A stretch of DNA of 64,000 nucleotides. It comes from Parvibaculaceae bacterium (GTDB lineage: Bacteria > Pseudomonadota > Alphaproteobacteria > Parvibaculales > Parvibaculaceae). Where the stretch lies: assembly GCA_965212385.1 (NCBI GenBank), contig OZ243109.1, positions 354,452 through 418,451 of the forward strand, read 5' to 3'. Positions 58,042-64,000 of this stretch are shown here, piece after piece (position 1 is the first letter of the stretch; the number at the start of each line of letters is the position of its first letter). Under the pieces are notes generated by a model, which was not told where the DNA came from, did no database searches, and was given only the letters and a program-made list of their open reading frames with translations. The position numbers and the translations under genes were made by a program.

Positions 58042-59913
58042 TCAGGGTTGCTCCGTTTGCGGCGCATTGGTGGCTTTCTCCGGATCGATCCACCATGTGT
58101 CGAGCACGCCCCGCTTATCCGTCGACATACCGCCGCGTGCATAGCGAGGCGCTTTCTCCGGGCGGGCGAAGACATCCCAGAAAGCCAGCGTGTGGGAGGC
58201 TTTGTACCAATGCGGCACCCAGTAGAAACCGCTGCGTAAAACGCGATCAATAGCGCGCGCCGCCAATTGCTGCGCCTCCCGGTTCTCAGCCTCGATGATA
58301 TTGTCCATCAAGCCGTCAATAACCGGATTGGCAATACCGGACAGGTTGAGACTGCCGGAGGTCTCGGCAGCCTCCGAGCTCCAATAGTTTCGGATCTCCA
58401 CGCCGGGCGTCGCCCGAATGGAGAAGCGGCGGGACATGACATCAAAGTCGAACACCTTCACCCGCTCCTGATATTCAGCGGAGTTCACCGGTTTGATGCT
58501 GGTTTCGATTCCGAGCTGCGTGAGATTGGCCTGGAAGGCTGAAATGACCCGCTCAAACGTGGGCGCATCGTTCAGAAACTCGACGGTGAGCACCTCCCCA
58601 TCGGCGTTCCGCCGCTTGCCATCCTGAATGGTCCACCCTGCATCATCGAGCAGCTTGCTCGCGCGAAGCAGGAGGCGCCGATCTTTGCCGGACCCGTCAG
58701 ACACCGGCGGTTCGATCGCTTCTTCAAAGACGCGCGCCGGAAGTTGATCCCGATACGGCTCAAGCAGCGCCAGTTCTCCTGCTGAGGGCAACCCGCTCGC
58801 GCGCATGTCCGAGTTCTCGAAATAGCTGCCGCTCCGCTGGTAGAGATTGAAGAAATGATTTTTGTTCGTCCATTCAAAGTCGAATGCCAGTCCAAGCGCT
58901 TCGCGGACTCGCGGGTCTGAGAATTGGGATCGCCGTGTGTTGAGGAACCAGCCCTGTGCGCCGGAGGGTGTCTTATCTTCCATGGTGAGCAGTTTCACTC
59001 TGCCGTCCTCGACAGCCGGGAAGTTATATTCGGTCGCCCAGACCTTGGACGTGAATTCTTCCCGCAGCAGATACTCGCCGGCCTTGAACGCTTCAAACTG
59101 TGCGGTCCGGTCGCGATAAAATTCAAAGCGCACCGTATCGAAATTCCACCGCCCGACATTCACGTTGAGATCGCGTGCCCAGTAGTCTTCCACGCGCTCA
59201 TAGGTAATGTAGCGGCCTTGCTCGAAGTCTTTGACGCGGTAGGGGCCGCTCCCAAGTGGGGCCTCAAGCGTTGTTTCCGCGAAATCGTTTGCCTCGTAAT
59301 AGGCCTGCGAGAAGATCGGCAGGCCCGTGATGAGCAGCGCAAGGTCGCGTGTTTGGTTGCCCGTGAATGTCACTTTCAGCGTGTGCGATGAGACGGCCTC
59401 CGCGTTTGCCATCTCCTTAATGGTAAGAGACACAAGAGCGTGCCCCTTTTCTTTCAACAACATCAGGGAGAACGCGGCGTCTTCTGCCGTCAGCGGACTG
59501 CCATCATGGAAGCGGGCCTCTGGACGCAGTTCGAAGACAACGCTGTTGCCGTCTTCAGCCACATCCGCCGTTTTGGCAACCAGACCATAAACTGCGTCGG
59601 GCTCGTCGCCGGAGCGCGCCATCAGCGTGTCGAAGGTAAGCTCCGCACCCATGGCGCCATTTCCTTTGAGGATATAGCTGTTCAGGCTGTCAAAGGTGAG
59701 AGGCGACTGGTTGAGAATCCATCCTGGGCCAATCTGGCTGAAGTGACCGCCTTTTGGCGCATCCGGATTGACGTAGGAGAAGTGCGGAAAGTCCTCGTCG
59801 TATAGAAGATCGCCAAAGATCGACATGCCATGGCGCGGTTCCGCTGAGGCAGTGCCAAGCGCGGCGGCAATACCAAGACTTGCTGCGATGGCCGCCGACC
59901 CCAGGCGCCGCAT
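58042..59913 (-). CDS. yejA: YejA-family extracellular solute-binding protein (copy 2)
   Basis: Signal peptide; HGMSIFG, YVNPDAPKGG, LGSGPY, NTRR..F.D.RVREAL and FDFEW motifs. Confidence 0.9.
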   Translation of the reverse strand: MRRLGSAAIAASLGIAAALGTASAEPRHGMSIFGDLLYDEDFPHFSYVNPDAPKGGHFSQIGPGWILNQSPLTFDSLNSYILKGNGAMGAELTFDTLMARSGDEPDAVYGLVAKTADVAEDGNSVVFELRPEARFHDGSPLTAEDAAFSLMLLKEKGHALVSLTIKEMANAEAVSSHTLKVTFTGNQTRDLALLITGLPIFSQAYYEANDFAETTLEAPLGSGPYRVKDFEQGRYITYERVEDYWARDLNVNVGRWNFDTVRFEFYRDRTAQFEAFKAGEYLLREEFTSKVWATEYNFPAVEDGRVKLLTMEDKTPSGAQGWFLNTRRSQFSDPRVREALGLAFDFEWTNKNHFFNLYQRSGSYFENSDMRASGLPSAGELALLEPYRDQLPARVFEEAIEPPVSDGSGKDRRLLLRASKLLDDAGWTIQDGKRRNADGEVLTVEFLNDAPTFERVISAFQANLTQLGIETSIKPVNSAEYQERVKVFDFDVMSRRFSIRATPGVEIRNYWSSEAAETSGSLNLSGIANPVIDGLMDNIIEAENREAQQLAARAIDRVLRSGFYWVPHWYKASHTLAFWDVFARPEKAPRYARGGMSTDKRGVLDTWWIDPEKATNAPQTEQP

Positions 59914-61724
59914 CAGTTCGGCACCTCGTCACCCGTGTGCCACCAGATGGTGGGGAAGCCGGGGTTAAAGGCCGGCGTGGGTTCCGGATGGTCGATGTGA
60001 GACCAAATCGCCGCGCGCGTAAACGGAATATGCCATTGCGGCACGATATAGTGGCGCCATAAGAGCACCCGGTCGAGCGCGTGCGTTGCCGTGACCAGGG
60101 CTTCCCGGTCTTTGGCGAGGATGATCTCATCGATCAGGGCTTCAACGACCGGGTCGCAAATGCCGATCACATTGCGGCTGCCGTTCCGCTCTTTCGCTTC
60201 ACAACCCCAAAACTCCCGCTGCTCATTGCCGGGGGAGAGAGATTGACCGGCACTGTGAATGATCATGTCGAAATCGAAACTGTCCAACCGGTTCTGATAT
60301 TGCGATGTATCGACAATGCGGATGCTCCCCTGGATGCCGAGCTTCTCGAGCGACTGCAGATAGGGCTGGACCACGCGTTCAAAGGTTGGGGAAACCAAAA
60401 GGAATTCAATATCGAAGGGGGCACCGGTTTCATTGTTGACCAGCACACCGTCTCCATTGACGGACCAGCCGGCTTCCTGCAGCAGCCGTGTCGCGGCGCG
60501 AAGATTGCGTCGATTGTCGCCGCTGGCGTCGGTTGTGGGCACCGCGAACGTCTCCGTGAACAGGCGGTCAGACAACTGATCGCGGAAGGGTTCCAGCAGC
60601 GCAAGTTCTGCGCCTTCCGGCAGACCGCTTGCCGCAAGTTCTGAATTCTCAAAATAGCTGTCGGTGCGAATGTACTGCCCATAAAACAGCGTCTTGTTGG
60701 CCCACTCGAAATCGAAAGCGAGGCCGATTGCTTCCCGCACGCGTACGTCTGAAAACTTGCCGCGACGCGTGTTCATCGCAAAGCCCTGCATGGGCTCCGG
60801 GTTGGAGGTGTAGAGCTCCTGTTTGCGCACCAAGCCTTCCCGCACGGCTGGGAAGTCATAGCCTGTCGCCCAATCCTTCGCGGAGTTCTCGAAACGGACG
60901 TCGATCTGACCTCCCTTGAAGGCTTCAAGCGCAATCGTATTGTCGCCGAAATAGGTGAACCGGATCTCGTCGAAATTATAGGCCCCGACATTCACGTTGA
61001 GATCGGCGGCCCAATAGTCGGGCACCCGCTCATAGGTGATAGAGGTCGGTGCATCGACGTCCGACACACGATAAGGCCCGCTGCCAAGCGGCGGCTCCAG
61101 GGTGGTGGCGCCAAAATCCCGTGTCTCCCAATAATGTTTGGGCAGGACCGGCATCTGGCCGACGATCAGCGGAAGCTCGCGATTGCCGGAGACGGCGAAA
61201 TTGAACCGAACCTCAAGCGGGGACAGTTTTTCGACGCTTTCAACATCGGCGTAATAGGCGTTGTAGAAGGGGAGGTTTGATTTCAGCGTCTCAAGAGACC
61301 AGATCACATCCTCAGGCGTCACCCGTTTGCCGTCATGCCACATGGCACTTGGGCGCAGTTTGAAAGTGACAGAAGAATAGTCTTCCGGATGGGAGACCGT
61401 CTCCGCGAGCAGCCCGTACTCGGTGGCAGGCTCGTCAAAGGATGACACCATCAACGTGTCGTAGAGGAATGTCGTGATCCCAGCCGCGGACCGGCCTTTG
61501 ACAATAAAAGGGTTGAGACTGTCGAAACTGCCGATGCTGGCATAGCGGAGCGTACCGCCTTTAGGCGCATCCGGATTCACATAATCATAATGCTCAAAGC
61601 CGGCCGGATACTTCACCGATCCAAAGAGGGAGAGACCGTGAAGTTGGGCATCCTCGGCAAAGGCGCCGCCTGTGCCGACCAACAAAGCCAAACCCGCACC
61701 AGCTAAACGTCCAACCCATGCCAA
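59913..61724 (-). CDS. yejA: YejA-family extracellular solute-binding protein (copy 1)
   Basis: TTG start; signal peptide; HGLSLFG, YVNPDAPKGG, FDSLNPF, LGSGPY and FDFEWAN motifs. Confidence 0.9.
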   Translation of the reverse strand: MAWVGRLAGAGLALLVGTGGAFAEDAQLHGLSLFGSVKYPAGFEHYDYVNPDAPKGGTLRYASIGSFDSLNPFIVKGRSAAGITTFLYDTLMVSSFDEPATEYGLLAETVSHPEDYSSVTFKLRPSAMWHDGKRVTPEDVIWSLETLKSNLPFYNAYYADVESVEKLSPLEVRFNFAVSGNRELPLIVGQMPVLPKHYWETRDFGATTLEPPLGSGPYRVSDVDAPTSITYERVPDYWAADLNVNVGAYNFDEIRFTYFGDNTIALEAFKGGQIDVRFENSAKDWATGYDFPAVREGLVRKQELYTSNPEPMQGFAMNTRRGKFSDVRVREAIGLAFDFEWANKTLFYGQYIRTDSYFENSELAASGLPEGAELALLEPFRDQLSDRLFTETFAVPTTDASGDNRRNLRAATRLLQEAGWSVNGDGVLVNNETGAPFDIEFLLVSPTFERVVQPYLQSLEKLGIQGSIRIVDTSQYQNRLDSFDFDMIIHSAGQSLSPGNEQREFWGCEAKERNGSRNVIGICDPVVEALIDEIILAKDREALVTATHALDRVLLWRHYIVPQWHIPFTRAAIWSHIDHPEPTPAFNPGFPTIWWHTGDEVPN

Positions 61725-61819
61725 AACTCATTCTCCCTCATGTCTTCCGACGACGCACACCTTATTCCATGAGAGGAATGTGGCGAGACTGCGATCTCAG
61801 TGAGCGGGAGATTAGCACG

Positions 61820-61863
61820 AAAAAAGGCGCCGATCCTTGCCAAACGGGGCAGGACCGGCGCCT
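61820..61863 (-). terminator. Intrinsic terminator after the cytochrome c gene
   Basis: AGGCGCCG...CGGCGCCT stem with inner pairing; the A run at 61820-61825 gives a U tract on the minus strand. Confidence 0.65.
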
Positions 61864-61884
61864 CTTAAAAAACTTTAATGTGGC

Positions 61885-62433
61885 TTACTCAACTGCCGGT
61901 AGGGGCACGTTGGAACCCAGGGAGTTCAAATAAGCAATCATATCCGCCCGGTCGCCAGGCTTACGCAGACCTGCGAAGGACATGGACGTGCCAGGAGCAT
62001 AGCGGCTTGGCTTTTCGAGGAACGCATCCATCGTCGCAAAGTCCCATACGCCGCCCATGGTTGTCAGCGTGTCGGAATAGTTGAAACCGGCAACCTGAGC
62101 CTTGGCACGGTCGATAACCCCATAAAGGTTCGGGCCAACCTTGTTGGCGCCGCCTTCTTCAAACGTGTGACAGGCAGCACACTTCCGGGCGACCTTCTCA
62201 CCTTTGCCGATATCCGCGCTGGCCAGAAGAACGGCAAGGCTTGGGCCTTCCTCTTCAACGGCTGCTGCATCGCCACCTGTTGATGCGCCGGTGTCTGCCA
62301 CTTCAACAGGGAAGGACGCAGGGTTCGCCGCTTGCGGGGAAAACATCACGGAGGACAATTCCCGCACGCCCATCAGAAGCAGGATGGAAAAGAGAAATGC
62401 ACCTGCGATTTTGTTGAATTCAAAACTATCCAT
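61885..62433 (-). CDS. Membrane-anchored class I cytochrome c (CycM/cy-like)
   Basis: N-terminal anchor MDSFEFNKIAGAFL; CAACH haem motif; GPNLYG, PGTSM.FAGL motifs. Confidence 0.93.
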   Translation of the reverse strand: MDSFEFNKIAGAFLFSILLLMGVRELSSVMFSPQAANPASFPVEVADTGASTGGDAAAVEEEGPSLAVLLASADIGKGEKVARKCAACHTFEEGGANKVGPNLYGVIDRAKAQVAGFNYSDTLTTMGGVWDFATMDAFLEKPSRYAPGTSMSFAGLRKPGDRADMIAYLNSLGSNVPLPAVE

Positions 62434-62678
62434 GGAAAAGCGGCTCCGGCCTTGGTGGTCTTGGGGAGGGTCTCAGCGATCACAAATTGGCCCGCGAAGC
62501 CCCCACCCGCTGGTTGGCGCGGAGATTACCCGCTTCCGTGAGGCCCCTGCAACCCGTATAAAGTCCCAAAACCTGCGGCGCTCTGCCGCCCTTTCAGCGT
62601 GTGGTGCGGGCCACCGGACTGGCTGGAGGGCTCCGAACGCGCCGAATCACTCATTTTTGCCCTTTCTGACCGGATTTC

Positions 62679-63416
62679 ATGACTTCTTCGCCAATCATTC
62701 TCATCCCGGCCCGCTTGGCCTCCACCCGTTTGCCGGACAAGCCTCTGGCGGATATCGCCGGTGCGCCGATGATCGTGCAGGTCATGCGCCGCTCCGAGGA
62801 GGCTGGCATCGGTCGGGTGGTGATAGCCGGGGCGGAAAAAGAGATCGTGGATGCCGTCGAGCAGGCGGGCGGTGAGGCGGTTCTCACCGATCCCGATCTG
62901 CCGTCCGGGTCAGACCGTGTCTATGAGGCCCTCAATAAAGTGGACCCGGACGGCGTCCATGATGTGATTCTGAATGTGCAGGGGGATCTGCCCACGCTGG
63001 ACCCCACCATCATCAAGGCGGCGCTGGAGGTCCTTGAAACAACACCGGCGGACATCTCGACCCTCGTCGCCGAGATATCGGACGAACAGGAAAAGACCAA
63101 TCCGAACGTGGTGAAAGCCGTGCTGTCTGTGGAAGAGGGTGCACGGGCAGGCAGGGCGCTCTATTTCACCCGGGCAACGGCTCCGGCGAATGAAGGCCCG
63201 CTCTATCACCACATCGGGCTCTATGGATATCGGCGCGAGGCGCTGGCGCGGTTCGTGGCGCTGCCCCCGTCACCGCTCGAAATCCGTGAAAAACTGGAAC
63301 AATTACGGGCGCTGGAAGCGGGCATGCGCATTGACGCGGCCCTCGTTGACACTGTTCCGCTCGGTGTCGATACTCCCGCCGACTTGGAGAAAGCCCGCGC
63401 GGAACTGTCCGCCTAG
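62679..63416 (+). CDS. kdsB: 3-deoxy-manno-octulosonate cytidylyltransferase
   Basis: [35 protein letters not shown] and GVDTPADL motifs. Confidence 0.96.
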   Translation: MTSSPIILIPARLASTRLPDKPLADIAGAPMIVQVMRRSEEAGIGRVVIAGAEKEIVDAVEQAGGEAVLTDPDLPSGSDRVYEALNKVDPDGVHDVILNVQGDLPTLDPTIIKAALEVLETTPADISTLVAEISDEQEKTNPNVVKAVLSVEEGARAGRALYFTRATAPANEGPLYHHIGLYGYRREALARFVALPPSPLEIREKLEQLRALEAGMRIDAALVDTVPLGVDTPADLEKARAELSA

Positions 63417-63452
63417 GGCCATTATGAAAGGGCGGTGTAAACCGCTGAGACC

Positions 63453-64000
63453 ATGGCTGAAGCCGCTTCACCCGCCGCACCGGAAAACGTCATCGTGTTT
63501 CAGGGCGAACCCGGCGCAAATTCACATATTGCCTGTCGGGATGCCTTTCCGGATATGGTTGAGCGGCCCTGCGACACGTTCGAAGAGGCGCTGGCGGCTG
63601 TCAAAAACGGTGAAGCGCGGCTCGCCATGATCCCGATTGAAAATTCGGTCGCGGGCCGTGTGGCGGATATTCATCATCTCATGCCGGAATCGGGCCTCTA
63701 CATCATCGGTGAGTACTTCCTGCCGATCCGGTTCCAACTGATGAGCGTAAAGGGCGCGACGTTAGACAGCATCAAGTCCGTCCAGTCGCACGTCATGGCG
63801 CTTGGCCAGTGCCGAAATCTGATCGCGGAGCACAAGTGGCGCGCCGTTGTGGGGGCCGACACGGCCGGGTCTGCGCGGCAGATCGCAGAAGCCGGTGATC
63901 CAAGCCGTGCAGCCCTTGCGCCGAAGCTTGCGGCGGAAATCTATGGTCTCGAGATTCTAAAGCGGGACGTAGAAGACGCCGCGCACAACACGACCCGCTT
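63453..64000 (+). CDS. pheA: Prephenate dehydratase (partial, runs off window; absent from the ORF track)
   Basis: Hand-translated from ATG 63453: FQGEPGANS, TFEEA, IPIENSVAG, SHVMALGQC, DTAGSA and HNTTRF. Confidence 0.93.
   Translation, partial: MAEAASPAAPENVIVFQGEPGANSHIACRDAFPDMVERPCDTFEEALAAVKNGEARLAMIPIENSVAGRVADIHHLMPESGLYIIGEYFLPIRFQLMSVKGATLDSIKSVQSHVMALGQCRNLIAEHKWRAVVGADTAGSARQIAEAGDPSRAALAPKLAAEIYGLEILKRDVEDAAHNTTR

Noticed and set aside
61594-61731. Short out-of-frame ORF (MSFGMGW...) overlapping the yejA start, suggesting a uORF or frameshift
   Set aside because: Its ATG is too close to the SD, whereas the TTG at 61724 has normal spacing and gives a good signal peptide.
1-64000. 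Prophage, IS, integron or defence island
   Set aside because: No integrase, transposase, phage structural gene or recognisable defence gene was found on either strand, and neither tRNA shows a duplicated 3' end in the window.

Overview
A 64-kb chromosomal window from a GC-rich alphaproteobacterium. Gene order resembles Hyphomicrobiales/Caulobacterales, possibly Parvibaculaceae; this taxonomy is inference. From left to right: the 5' part of a tryptophan-tryptophylquinone amine dehydrogenase operon (mauB-mauE, probably running into mauD at the edge) divergent from a VOC-fold gene; ibpA-DUF1150 with a sigma32 promoter and a ROSE thermometer; the rnd-lptCAB-rpoN-hpf-ptsN cluster; tRNA-Leu(CAG); uppP, cueR, fzlA and queG; infC (AUA start), separated from rpmI-rplT-pheS-pheT by a two-gene block flanked by palindromic repeats; an accessory block between pheT and lepA; tRNA-Ser(GGA); a complete Tad/Cpa pilus locus including a 55-aa Flp pilin missing from the ORF track and several CtrA-like boxes; an orphan TAXI binding protein; an M17 aminopeptidase-MarR-NlpC/P60 cluster converging on a yej ABC transporter with two binding proteins; cytochrome c, kdsB and partial pheA. 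No integrase, transposase, prophage or CRISPR array was seen. Best leads: (1) a stand-alone eRF1-middle-domain-like protein behind a correctly spaced FNR/FixK promoter; (2) a TetR gene with two clear operators facing a pair of His/Trp-His four-helix membrane proteins; (3) an amine dehydrogenase large subunit with an apparent hydrophobic insert; (4) a paralogous membrane-protein pair with a CtrA-like box; (5) a possible cytoplasmic peptidoglycan-peptide recycling module. All family calls come from motif recognition by eye, without database searches.
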